Origin: an uncultured bacterium
GTDB taxonomy: Bacteria; Patescibacteriota; Microgenomatia; UBA1400; MFAQ01
NCBI GenBank assembly: GCA_963980225.1
Contig: CAXBYW010000006.1
Coordinates: 1 to 35,467, forward strand
Length of the DNA stretch: 35,467 bases
Direction of reading: 5' to 3'
Numbering within the stretch: the stretch's first letter is position 1; each line of letters starts with the position of its first letter. A program made the position numbers and the translations under genes. The notes under the pieces are model-generated. The model saw only the letters and a program-made list of their open reading frames with translations. It was not told where the DNA came from and ran no database searches. Positions 7,415 through 17,328 of this stretch are shown here, one piece after another.

Positions 7415-8803
7415 ATGAGAATAGCTATCACCTATCCACCACTAGAATCAGAAAAAGGAAGAGCCCTACTGTCCCAAAACAGGCAGTTCCAGTGGTCTAA
7501 GTCCCCAACCATCGCTTTCCCCGTTATCCCTGCCTCTGCAGCCACTCTACTCAAGCAAAACGGCCACCAAGTCCTCTGGCTAGACGCCATCGCCGAAAAA
7601 CTCTCCTACTCTAACTGGTTAGAAAACTTAAAAGCCTTTAAACCCGACCTCATCTTCATGGAAACCAAGACCCCAGCCATAAAAAAACACTGGCAAGTAA
7701 TAAAAAAACTAAAAAGATCTCTACCCAAATCTAAAATAGTCCTCGCCGGAGATCACGTCACCGCTCTACCCCAAGAAAGCAAAAAAAACTCTCCCGTGGA
7801 CCACATCATAAAAGGAGGCCACTACGATCTAGAACTGCTCGCACTTTGCCAAAAAACCTCTGTCCCCACCAAGGTCGACCTAGACAAACTTCCCTTAATA
7901 GACCGTAACCTAACCAAATGGCATCTATATAGCCAAGATAATGGCAACTTTAAACGTACTCCAGCTACCTACACCATGTTTGGTCGTGACTGTTGGTGGA
8001 GAAAAGATGGTGGTTGTACCTTCTGCAGCTGGACCACCATCTTCCCTAGATTCTCATTAAGATCAGCAGAAAACTGCCTTGACGAGGTCGGCCAGTTAAT
8101 AGATTTAGGTGTCAAGGAAATCTTTGACGATACCGGGACTTTCCCAGCCGGTAAATGGCTCCAGGATTTTTGTAAGGGAATGGTAAAAAAAGGTTACAGT
8201 AAAAAAATCAGTATCGGCTGTAACCTAAGGTTCGGCCACCTACAAAAAAAAGACTACCAGTTAATGAAAGCTGCCAATTTTAGATTCCTTTTGTTTGGTT
8301 TAGAATCCGCTAATCAAAAGACAGTAGACAAACTAAATAAGGGTACAAAAATGGATAAAATAGAAAAAGAACTAGAAATAATTAAAAAAGTGGGTGGTCT
8401 AGAGCCTCATATTACCTGCATGATTGGCTATCCCTGGGAGAGTAAAAAAGATGCTCAAAATACCATTAATCTAGTCAAGAACTTCTTTAAAAAAGGTTTG
8501 ATCAGCTCCCTTCAAGCTACCATAGTTATTCCCTATCCAGGCACAAAACTCTTCAAACAAGCCAAGAAAAACGGTTGGCTAAAAACACTAAACTGGGATA
8601 GGTATGACATGAAAGAACCGATCTTAAAAACCTCGCTCACAAACAAGCAGATACACCAACTTACCCAAAGTCTTTACACCTCAGCCATAACCCCCAACTT
8701 TATCTTAAGAACCCTAAAAGACTTAATAAAAAACCCAACCCATCTACCTTACTACCTAAAATCCACTACCCAATATATCGCCAGACTACTAGACTTTAAC
8801 TAA
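7415..8803 (+). CDS. Cobalamin-binding radical SAM protein (start reassigned from 7376 to 7415)
   Basis: N-terminal B12-binding-like region (LAGDHVTALP), CWWRKDGGCTFC cluster motif, FGLESANQ, IPYPGT; TG-G-TATACT upstream of ATG 7415. Confidence 0.9.
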   Translation: MRIAITYPPLESEKGRALLSQNRQFQWSKSPTIAFPVIPASAATLLKQNGHQVLWLDAIAEKLSYSNWLENLKAFKPDLIFMETKTPAIKKHWQVIKKLKRSLPKSKIVLAGDHVTALPQESKKNSPVDHIIKGGHYDLELLALCQKTSVPTKVDLDKLPLIDRNLTKWHLYSQDNGNFKRTPATYTMFGRDCWWRKDGGCTFCSWTTIFPRFSLRSAENCLDEVGQLIDLGVKEIFDDTGTFPAGKWLQDFCKGMVKKGYSKKISIGCNLRFGHLQKKDYQLMKAANFRFLLFGLESANQKTVDKLNKGTKMDKIEKELEIIKKVGGLEPHITCMIGYPWESKKDAQNTINLVKNFFKKGLISSLQATIVIPYPGTKLFKQAKKNGWLKTLNWDRYDMKEPILKTSLTNKQIHQLTQSLYTSAITPNFILRTLKDLIKNPTHLPYYLKSTTQYIARLLDFN

Positions 8804-9588
8804 CCTACTCTCTTAGCTACCACACAGACCGCCGCTCCACCTTGCTTCACCACCTTTGCTTTTTTGTAATAACCGTAAATACTCTCCCTCAACCACTTGT
8901 CGTATATCATTTGCCTCAATCCTGAAGAAGGCCCTCTAACTAAAAGTCTCAATTTGTGCCCCCAAGACAATAGGTCCCAGTACTCAATAGTTTTTCTATC
9001 TAAATAATAGTATCCATCCACCACCTGAAAACCATGTCTTTTTAACCGTTTCGTCCACTCCCCTAACGAATAGCAATGAAAATGATCCAACCTTTTATCT
9101 CGCATCTTCCCATATATCCTAGCCAAACGCTTAAGACCCAAGGAAGAAAACACACTATATTTCTTAAAATTCCCGGTAGGCACGGTAAAAACCAAGAAAC
9201 CACCTTTTTTACTTACCCTTGCCGCCTCACTTAACACACCGTCAATATCTCTCATATGTTCCATAGAAGAGTTAGAAAATACCAATCTGACACTCTTATC
9301 CCCCAAAGGTATCTTGGTTGCACTCGAACAAAACACTTTTTTGTAAACTCCATTTTTCTTCGCCTCCTCAAGTGCCAATTTATCTAGATCCAACCCATAC
9401 TCCATTTTCCTATTAAATATCGTTTTTGCCGCCACTCCATCACCACAACCTAAGTCAATCGCTGGTTTTAAGCTTAAGACTTTTCCAAACTTCTCAATTA
9501 AAAACTTAAATTCAATCGCTCTAAATATAATAGTAGAGGGGTAAACATATCCTTCCGTGTTGGTAAAAAGCTTATCTTTAATTTTCAT
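8800..9588 (-). CDS. Class I SAM-dependent methyltransferase
   Basis: IDLGCGDG, YGLD, SSMEHM, RVSKKGG. Confidence 0.9.
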   Translation of the reverse strand: MKIKDKLFTNTEGYVYPSTIIFRAIEFKFLIEKFGKVLSLKPAIDLGCGDGVAAKTIFNRKMEYGLDLDKLALEEAKKNGVYKKVFCSSATKIPLGDKSVRLVFSNSSMEHMRDIDGVLSEAARVSKKGGFLVFTVPTGNFKKYSVFSSLGLKRLARIYGKMRDKRLDHFHCYSLGEWTKRLKRHGFQVVDGYYYLDRKTIEYWDLLSWGHKLRLLVRGPSSGLRQMIYDKWLRESIYGYYKKAKVVKQGGAAVCVVAKRVG

Positions 9589-10617
9589 TTAAAATGGTTT
9601 TCCTGTTAAATAGGCCAGGGCCTTGCCTAGATAATACCCTAAACCTCTCTTAATACCCACCCGCAAAAATAAGTCCTCATCAGAAATTTTTCTCCCACTT
9701 TGCACTAGACTTCTTTTACCAAGTACTTTATAAAAATTCAAAACATTCCATCCCACTCCGGCAAACATCGCCCAACCTCGCTTAAACTCACCCTTCAAAA
9801 AAAAGACTACTCCCAACAATAACCAGCAAAAAACATTCACTGGCACCACCCACAATGCCCTTTTCCAGCCCAAATTCTTCACTAAGTTCATTACTGTATT
9901 TCTAGCTCCTCTGTAAAAAACCCTATTTTGAACATAATGATCAAACGATTTCTCTTTGGTTAAATATGCATGCTCCACCACTACTCTCGGACAAAATCTT
10001 ACCTCCCACCCCAAAAGCCACACCCTCCAAAATAAATCAGTATCTTCCAAGAAAATCTGGTAATCTATGTCAAACCCTTCCAATTTTTTAAACACCTCAC
10101 GCCTAATAATCATCCCTGCTGATTTACCAGAAAAAATCTCTACTTCCTTATCAAACTGTCCCACATCTTTAGCTCCCCTAGCCCTTTCAACCAAAAAACC
10201 AAACTGTCCCATGTGCTCCCCAGCAGAGTCAAACTTTTTAGTCCCCATCGTCAAAAGCTTCACCTGAGCAGCTCCAGTCTTCTTGTTTCTTTTGAAAAAA
10301 CTCAAAATCTCCTTGTACCAGCCAAGATGAATCTTGGTATCAACATCCAAAAACAAAACATACTTACCTGTTGAGTTTTTAACACCAACATTTCTGGCTT
10401 CTGCTGCTCCCACACTTTTATCCAACCTAATTACCTTAACTTTACCCAACGTCACCACACCTCCCAAGGAAACAGCTAAATCAGACCCATCATCAACCAC
10501 AATCACCTCAAAGTTTCCTTTCTCTACCAAAACAGAGTCCAAACATCTCTCTAAAAACTTCTCCCCATTCTTATTAGCAATCACCACTGAAACTAAAACT
10601 GAAGCTTTTTTAGTCAT
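9589..10617 (-). CDS. Glycosyltransferase family 2
   Basis: SVVIAN, VVDDGS, ARNVG, FLDVD, LEDTDL. Confidence 0.93.
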   Translation of the reverse strand: MTKKASVLVSVVIANKNGEKFLERCLDSVLVEKGNFEVIVVDDGSDLAVSLGGVVTLGKVKVIRLDKSVGAAEARNVGVKNSTGKYVLFLDVDTKIHLGWYKEILSFFKRNKKTGAAQVKLLTMGTKKFDSAGEHMGQFGFLVERARGAKDVGQFDKEVEIFSGKSAGMIIRREVFKKLEGFDIDYQIFLEDTDLFWRVWLLGWEVRFCPRVVVEHAYLTKEKSFDHYVQNRVFYRGARNTVMNLVKNLGWKRALWVVPVNVFCWLLLGVVFFLKGEFKRGWAMFAGVGWNVLNFYKVLGKRSLVQSGRKISDEDLFLRVGIKRGLGYYLGKALAYLTGKPF

Positions 10618-11305
10618 TTTTTACATAAACCGCTTCATAATTTATCGTCAACTTCTTCTCTCTATCAAACTTATCCAAAAACACCGCCAGTAAATTACCC
10701 AAAATAATTACCGGTGAAAAAATAACTAAATACAAATAGTAAAGCCACTTATTTTTTTCCAATCCCAATCTCAATGGCAACGTCACCAATACATACACCA
10801 AAACCGAGAAAATCCCTCCCTGAGGCTTAACTCTTTCCACCTTAAAACCATTTTTTTCTCCTAAAAGGTTCAAACCATACTTAGTAAAACGAAAGTAATC
10901 AACCGGCTCCATATGAGTCTGGTAAATAAAATTCGTCGTCAAAAACAACCTTCCACCCGGCTTTAGTACCCTATTAAAATGAGAAAAAGCTGTCTTGGGA
11001 TCCGTAAAATGCTCCAGCACCTGGATGCACAAAACGTAATCATAATCTTCTTTTTTAAACTTTTTAGGCTCATCTATAAAATCACCCACTATATCAATCG
11101 TCCTTTCCTTGTTTTGTGAAACATCACAAGCTGTATAACTAATCTTTTTAAAATATTCCTTGTGTTTCCCTGTCCCCGCCCCAACATCAAGAATTTTCTT
11201 TCCCTTTTCGTCATACTTGTCTGCCATTTCCACCACAAACATCTCTATTTGATAATAAAAATTCATAAATAAATACCTTAAAATCAACTCAAATCGTCTC
11301 CTCAT
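10610..11305 (-). CDS. Class I SAM-dependent methyltransferase
   Basis: ILDVGAGTG, QVLEH, RVLKPGG, DYFRFT. Confidence 0.92.
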   Translation of the reverse strand: MRRRFELILRYLFMNFYYQIEMFVVEMADKYDEKGKKILDVGAGTGKHKEYFKKISYTACDVSQNKERTIDIVGDFIDEPKKFKKEDYDYVLCIQVLEHFTDPKTAFSHFNRVLKPGGRLFLTTNFIYQTHMEPVDYFRFTKYGLNLLGEKNGFKVERVKPQGGIFSVLVYVLVTLPLRLGLEKNKWLYYLYLVIFSPVIILGNLLAVFLDKFDREKKLTINYEAVYVKND

Positions 11306-12048
11306 AAAATATGCCTCCTGTAAAACTTAAAGTAATTACTAAATCTCTCCTTTAGCCTTCGTCTGTCTGTATATACTCCTGCCTGACTAACCATGTGTTT
11401 CAAAGACACATCTTTATTCCACACCAGCCTATGGCCCAACTCCTTCACCCTCATGGAAAGATCCACCTCACACCACTCACCCGTACCCTTAAATCCCAGA
11501 TCATACCCACCTACCTTTTTTACTAAACTTCGCCTCAAGCTCATATTGCACGCTTCCAGATAATCAACCTCCACCAAACCTTTAATCTTAAGGCATCTCT
11601 TAAAGTTCGACCCCGGTGACCACCAACCAATCCCATAGATTCTTCCCACCTCAAACGGTTTCCCGGCAAGCATTATCCACTTCCATAAAAAAGCCAATGG
11701 TCTCTTCCAACCTGAAGCTCTATACCACCAAAATACCATCCTATTTTTAAGTAACCTTTCTGGCACAATCGTCGGACCACTCACCCCACCCACATCTTTT
11801 TCTTCGTCAAAAATCTTAACCAAATTTTTGGCCCAGTTTTTACTCAAAACAACATCATCATCAATCCATGCCACAATCTCTCCTTTAGCTCTTCGCCAGC
11901 CCAAGTCACGAGCATAAGACAGAGGAGTCTCTCGAATCACCACCAACTCCCAATCCTTAAAGCTCTGCTTTTTTAAGCTATCTACCGTCTCCTTTAGATC
12001 CTCATCTCTTCCTTTTGTGCAGATAACTATCGATAATTTAGGCTTCAT
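11302..12048 (-). CDS. Glycosyltransferase family 2
   Basis: SIVICT, WIDDD, CNMSLRR, EVDLSMR. Confidence 0.92.
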   Translation of the reverse strand: MKPKLSIVICTKGRDEDLKETVDSLKKQSFKDWELVVIRETPLSYARDLGWRRAKGEIVAWIDDDVVLSKNWAKNLVKIFDEEKDVGGVSGPTIVPERLLKNRMVFWWYRASGWKRPLAFLWKWIMLAGKPFEVGRIYGIGWWSPGSNFKRCLKIKGLVEVDYLEACNMSLRRSLVKKVGGYDLGFKGTGEWCEVDLSMRVKELGHRLVWNKDVSLKHMVSQAGVYTDRRRLKERFSNYFKFYRRHIL

Positions 12049-13031
12049 TTTATTCTCACTTTATCTCTTATAACCACTCCTGCATACACCCAAAACATAC
12101 TAAAACACATCAACGGATGAATAAACCAAGCCAAATCTCGTTTCTTTGTAAAACCCCAAACAGACGTCATCACCGGCCCCACCACACTCAATGCATACAA
12201 AGAAAACAAAACAATCTTCCACCCATCTCTACCTGGTTGATAAATAAAATATCTTCTTCTGGAACTATCCCTCAAATAAAGCTCCCTCATATATCTGCTC
12301 CGTTTCTTTAAAAAGTTAATCAAACTCCCACCAGTTTTATGAACAATATCATTCTTTAAAACCACAAACTGCCTCTTTTTTTCTTTTACCAGATCAAAAA
12401 CAACATCTATATGAAAGTAATCCTTCTCTCCCACCCTAGCTTTAAGTAGATCTTTTCGTCTAATCAAAAACCCATTTGCCCCCACCGTCGGCAAGTTATC
12501 CTTGTCATACTCCACCAAAAAATACTTACTAGTTTCTTTAATCAACTTACCTCCCAAATTCCAGTTACTAGATAAGTAAGACTGTCTGTCTGCCTTACCC
12601 AAAAACCACACCACCGGATCATTGGCTCCAAGTAAAGCAAAATACCTGTTTAAAAAACCATCACCTTTTCTATACGTATACCTTCTCGGATAACTAGCTA
12701 AAGACAAAGGCTCGCTCCCAAATCCATCAACCATTTTTTTTAAAAAAGTTTTACTAGGCCATATATTATCCGAGTCCCCAATCAACACCAACTCTCCAGT
12801 AGCTTGTCTTAGAGCCACCGCCTTAGCTCCTTCCGGACTACCAGTACTTTCCGAGATCACCTTACAACCATACTTCTTCGCCAAATCAACCGTTCCATCA
12901 CTTGACCCTCCATCAGCTACCAAGATATCGACCTTTTTCTGATCATAGTCTTGATTCCTAATACTTTCTAAATACTCACGAAAAACCTCTCCGGCATTAA
13001 AAGTAGCTATAATCACACTTACAGTTTCCAT
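12045..13031 (-). CDS. Glycosyltransferase family 2 with C-terminal TM helices
   Basis: SVIIATFN, VADGGSSDGT, DSDN. Confidence 0.92.
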   Translation of the reverse strand: METVSVIIATFNAGEVFREYLESIRNQDYDQKKVDILVADGGSSDGTVDLAKKYGCKVISESTGSPEGAKAVALRQATGELVLIGDSDNIWPSKTFLKKMVDGFGSEPLSLASYPRRYTYRKGDGFLNRYFALLGANDPVVWFLGKADRQSYLSSNWNLGGKLIKETSKYFLVEYDKDNLPTVGANGFLIRRKDLLKARVGEKDYFHIDVVFDLVKEKKRQFVVLKNDIVHKTGGSLINFLKKRSRYMRELYLRDSSRRRYFIYQPGRDGWKIVLFSLYALSVVGPVMTSVWGFTKKRDLAWFIHPLMCFSMFWVYAGVVIRDKVRIK

Positions 13032-13045
13032 AGTCCAGATTGTAT

Positions 13046-13786
13046 ATGAAACCAGAAACCCTTTTATCAGTCATCATTCCCGCCCACAAACAAGCCCGCA
13101 CTATCACTGGTGATCTAAAACACATTCATCAAGTCCTCAGACAATCCCCTCTGCCCTTTGAAATCATCGTCGTAATCGATGGTTCTCTGGACTCCACCTA
13201 TAAAAAAGCCAAGAAGTTTGCTCAAAATAAAAAAAATGTCACCACACACTTACTAAAAACCAACCAGGGTAAAGGCCACGCCGTCCGTTACGGTTTTACC
13301 AAGGCCAAAGGTGATTTAGTCGCTTTTATTGATGCTGGCAGGGAAATAGACCCAAACAGCCTTTCACTGGCCATAGAACACCTTAACTGGTACAAAGCAG
13401 ACGTCATTATCGGCTCCAAACGTCACCTTGCCTCCAAAGTTAATTACCCACTAGAAAGACGCATCCTAAGTTTTGGCTACCAAAAACTTGTCAAGCTTCT
13501 TTTTGGCCTCAAACTTACCGATACTCAAGTGGGTCTAAAACTATTCAAACGCCAAGTTTTAAAAAAAGTCCTTCCTCGTCTAGTAGTCAAAAGATACGCT
13601 TTCGACATAGAGATGTTGGCCGTAGCCCATTCTTTAGGTTTTACCCGTATATACGAGACTCCTATCAAAATAAGTTTTAAGGCTGACCAACTAACCGATG
13701 CTGCTACCTTAAAAACAATCTCTAGCATGCTCTACGAGACCATCGCCGTCTTCTATCGTCTTAAAATCTTAAGGTACTACTCATGA
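13046..13786 (+). CDS. GT2 of the polyprenyl/dolichyl-phosphate glycosyltransferase type
   Basis: IDGSLD, NQGKGHAV, IGSKRH, TDTQVGLKLF, FDIEML; ATG 13046 preferred over TTG 13040. Confidence 0.88.
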   Translation: MKPETLLSVIIPAHKQARTITGDLKHIHQVLRQSPLPFEIIVVIDGSLDSTYKKAKKFAQNKKNVTTHLLKTNQGKGHAVRYGFTKAKGDLVAFIDAGREIDPNSLSLAIEHLNWYKADVIIGSKRHLASKVNYPLERRILSFGYQKLVKLLFGLKLTDTQVGLKLFKRQVLKKVLPRLVVKRYAFDIEMLAVAHSLGFTRIYETPIKISFKADQLTDAATLKTISSMLYETIAVFYRLKILRYYS

Positions 13787-14706
13787 AACCAAAAACAATC
13801 TTTTCCATCATCATTCCTTGTAAAACAAAAAAAGATCTCTGTCCAGAACTTCTACCAGCCATAAAAGACCAATCCTACAAAAACCTTGAGGTAATCATTG
13901 CAACAGACAAGCAAGCTGGTAAAAACCCTGCCCAAAAAAGAAACTGGGCCAGCAAAAAATCAAAAGGAGAATACTTAGCTTTTATAGACTCCGATGCATA
14001 TCCAGATCAAAACTGGCTAAAAAATTCCTTAAAACTACTAACAGCTCCTCACCTCGCTGCCGTCTGCGGCCCCAACCTAACCCCACCCAATGACAACACA
14101 GGTCAGCAAGTATCAGGCTACGTCTGGTCCACCTTCATTGGCGCTGGTGGTGCAGGTGTATATAGAAACAAAGAAAAGAAACAAAGGTTCGTAAAAGACT
14201 TCCCCTCATCAAACCTTATCGTCAAAAAAAAAGACTTCAATAAAATCAAAGGCTTCAATACTCACTTTTGGCCAGGAGAAGACACTAAGCTTTGCCACGA
14301 TCTAGTCTTTACTTTAAAGAAAAAAAATCTCTATCATCCTAGTATTAAGGTCTTCCATCACAGACGCCCCATCTTCATTCCCCACCTAAAACAAATCTCT
14401 CGCTTCGGTTACCACCGTGGCCTATTTACTAAAATCCTACCCAAAACATCACGTCTCCCCGGCTATGTTGCTCCTGCACTCTTCCTTCCTTGGTTAATCC
14501 TTACCTTCCTCTTTTTACCTCCAATTTTCTATCTAACTGTAAACACATATTTTTTAGTTACAGCCATCACCACCATAAGCTTAATCTTCAAATCCAATAA
14601 CCCAATCACCGGTATCTTGTTTTTTGTTACCATTCCTCTCACTCACCTAGTCTATGGTTTCTTCTTTCTCAAAGGTTTTTTCTCTCGTACTCCTCAATCG
14701 CCTTAA
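13783..14706 (+). CDS. Glycosyltransferase family 2 with C-terminal TM helices
   Basis: SIIIP, FIDSDA, GEDTKL, HHRR. Confidence 0.9.
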   Translation: MKPKTIFSIIIPCKTKKDLCPELLPAIKDQSYKNLEVIIATDKQAGKNPAQKRNWASKKSKGEYLAFIDSDAYPDQNWLKNSLKLLTAPHLAAVCGPNLTPPNDNTGQQVSGYVWSTFIGAGGAGVYRNKEKKQRFVKDFPSSNLIVKKKDFNKIKGFNTHFWPGEDTKLCHDLVFTLKKKNLYHPSIKVFHHRRPIFIPHLKQISRFGYHRGLFTKILPKTSRLPGYVAPALFLPWLILTFLFLPPIFYLTVNTYFLVTAITTISLIFKSNNPITGILFFVTIPLTHLVYGFFFLKGFFSRTPQSP

Positions 14707-16093
14707 GTCGTTCTTCAGACTGCCATAACTTAGGATTAACCTTCAAAGCCTGTTCATAACTCTCTTTCGCCTTATCAATCTCCCCCATCTGCAAGTAAGT
14801 ATTGCCTAAGTTATGCATTGCATCTGCATACCTAGGATTAAGTTCAATCGCCCGTAAAAAATGGTCTCTAGATAACTCCAGTCTCCCTCTCCTACCATAA
14901 GCATCTCCTAAATTATTATGATTCTGTGGACTCAAAGTAGAGTATCTTTCGGCCGAAAACCATAGCTCATCTGCCGTCTGCCAATTATTGTTTCTCAAAA
15001 CAGTCCTCAACATTAACATACTCACTAATAAAATCAAAATAAAGTTAACTCCATCCACACCAAACCGTGTATTAAGGTAACTAAATCCCATACCTGTCAC
15101 CACACACAAACCGATCATGGCCATGTATACATACCTTTCTGCCACAATCCAAGATAACCCAAAAGGCAACAAAGTAGGTGACAAGCAAATAAGAAAAAAC
15201 AAAAGCCAGAAAAATACCTGCCTATTCTTGAAAAACCCCCAAACAACACATCCCAGGTAACCCAAGGTCACCACAACCTTAAGAAAAAAAGACAAACCAG
15301 TAAAAAATAAATCAGAATGATAAAGAGTTAAGCCAATCGGCCAAACAAATAACTTCAAATACTCACTTATCGCTACGGGCAACTGTATAAAAAAATTAAT
15401 ATTCTCCGGATTATTGTAATAATTTACCTGCAAAACTTCCTGTCTAACCCCAGCTCCCAAAACACTTACTCCCAACCAAACCAAACTCAATCCTGCTGGC
15501 ACCAATAAATACTTCCAGTACTTCTTCAAGTCTCCAAGCAAAAACGTAACTACCACCATTATTCCCACCACCACAACTGATCGCTCCATACTAAACAATG
15601 CCAAAAGCAAAAGTAACACACTCCAAACATAGTATTTTTTCTCACCCCTAATAGTCAGTACATAAAAAACCAAGCTCCATATAGATAAAGCCGTCATCTG
15701 CACATACACTCCAGCTGAAATCCAACTAACTGCTTCTGCTCCCAACGGATGTACCGCAAAAAGCATTGCCGCTATAAATCCAACATACTCACTTACCAGT
15801 AACTCAACCAGAGCATACACTCCCCACACTGCTAGTAAATGAAACACAAAGTTAATTAACCTAAAATAAATCGCCTGTTTTCCAAATAAAGAAAACACAA
15901 CAAAGTACTCTAACTCTCGTAAAAAATAAAATGGATTACTAAAGACTTGACTAAAATCTCCCAACGAATCACTATTCACAATAGCAAAAATGTCATCACT
16001 TACAAACTCATTGTTTAGTGAATTAAAGTAAGCAAGAACCACCAAAATTGCAAGAGGGATAAGTTTCCCCTTGTGTCTTCTAATCCATTTCAT
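14669..16093 (-). CDS. TMTC-like GT-C glycosyltransferase with TPRs
   Basis: NSLNNEFVSDD acidic motif, LFAVHPLGAEAVSW, AERYVY, RNNNW, C-terminal TPRs (HNNLG, AIELNP). Confidence 0.85.
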   Translation of the reverse strand: MKWIRRHKGKLIPLAILVVLAYFNSLNNEFVSDDIFAIVNSDSLGDFSQVFSNPFYFLRELEYFVVFSLFGKQAIYFRLINFVFHLLAVWGVYALVELLVSEYVGFIAAMLFAVHPLGAEAVSWISAGVYVQMTALSIWSLVFYVLTIRGEKKYYVWSVLLLLLALFSMERSVVVVGIMVVVTFLLGDLKKYWKYLLVPAGLSLVWLGVSVLGAGVRQEVLQVNYYNNPENINFFIQLPVAISEYLKLFVWPIGLTLYHSDLFFTGLSFFLKVVVTLGYLGCVVWGFFKNRQVFFWLLFFLICLSPTLLPFGLSWIVAERYVYMAMIGLCVVTGMGFSYLNTRFGVDGVNFILILLVSMLMLRTVLRNNNWQTADELWFSAERYSTLSPQNHNNLGDAYGRRGRLELSRDHFLRAIELNPRYADAMHNLGNTYLQMGEIDKAKESYEQALKVNPKLWQSEERLKAIEEYERKNL

Positions 16094-16107
16094 GGCTTAA
16101 ATATACC

Positions 16108-17271
16108 CTACTTTAAGTAATCGAATGGGTTGACATTACCCCCAGACGTCCTTATCTCAAAATGCAAATGGACACCAGTAGATCTTCCAGTTGAACCCAT
16201 CGACCCTAAAACATCTCCACGTTTCACACTTTGCCCAACCTTAACACTAATTTTAGACATATGAGCATATAAAGTTAAGTATCCATTACCATGGTCCACC
16301 ATTACTCTATTTCCATAACCAGCATTATCTATCCAACCAGCCACCACCACTCGACCACTATCCGCCGCCAGAATCGCTCCACCAGACTTATTTGCAATAT
16401 CAATTCCCTTATGCCATGCCAGATATCTTTGAGTGATTCGTCCAGAACCAGGCCAAATCCATGATCCAGTAGCCGACACAGATCCTGCATCAGGCGTTAA
16501 CACTCTAGCTAAACCAGACGTAGGTGACCATGGTTGTACATCTGGCACGACTCCATCTGGCACCATCAATGTCTGTCCAACAGCCAAGGCAAAGGTTTCA
16601 TCATTAGAAAATTCATTAAACGGAAAATCTACAATTCCTTGAGCAGAAATATCATATTTTTTAGCGATAGAATAAACCGTCTCTCCACTTCTAACTTTAT
16701 GTACCACTCCTGTCACGGGTGGAATCATTAATGTGTCACCCGCCTTCAAAACCGTTTTTACAGACTTGATCTTATCGGAATTAGACCATCTGATTGTGTC
16801 CATACTCACCCCAAACTTATCAGCTATGACCGACAACGTATCTCCATCTTGCACACTGTACTCAAGATCTTCCGCCCTAGGTTTATCAGACACCTCTGTC
16901 AATGGCTGCACATAAGCAGAATCCGTCACGATACCCAAGACCTTACTCTCTATCTCTTGCAAGTCTTCACCTATCACTACCGATCCACCCACTCCATTAG
17001 ATATCATATTTTGTGCCCCAACCTCTTCAACAACTAAAGATGGTCCCAAGGCCACCCCCAAAGACATTACCATTGCCACTCCACCATGAACAAAAAGCTG
17101 AGCATACTTACCTCTTTGTTGGTACATTTTCACTACCACCAAAGATTTAAGCTTCTCAAATCTAGAAAAAGCCATCACCAGATAACGCCTAAATGCATGA
17201 CGAAACAAGGCTCCAACAAAACGCCAGAAATCTGTTATCCAGTAGTTAAGAAAATCGTTTATTTCTTCCAT
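16108..17271 (-). CDS. LysM x2 plus M23 peptidoglycan endopeptidase
   Basis: YSVQDGDTL, HKVRSGETV, HKGID, YAHM, HLHFE. Confidence 0.95.
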   Translation of the reverse strand: MEEINDFLNYWITDFWRFVGALFRHAFRRYLVMAFSRFEKLKSLVVVKMYQQRGKYAQLFVHGGVAMVMSLGVALGPSLVVEEVGAQNMISNGVGGSVVIGEDLQEIESKVLGIVTDSAYVQPLTEVSDKPRAEDLEYSVQDGDTLSVIADKFGVSMDTIRWSNSDKIKSVKTVLKAGDTLMIPPVTGVVHKVRSGETVYSIAKKYDISAQGIVDFPFNEFSNDETFALAVGQTLMVPDGVVPDVQPWSPTSGLARVLTPDAGSVSATGSWIWPGSGRITQRYLAWHKGIDIANKSGGAILAADSGRVVVAGWIDNAGYGNRVMVDHGNGYLTLYAHMSKISVKVGQSVKRGDVLGSMGSTGRSTGVHLHFEIRTSGGNVNPFDYLK

Positions 17272-17328
17272 AAAGCCCCGCTTGAAAAACGGGAAACTGT
17301 GTCAAACATTTTATCATATACTTGAGCC

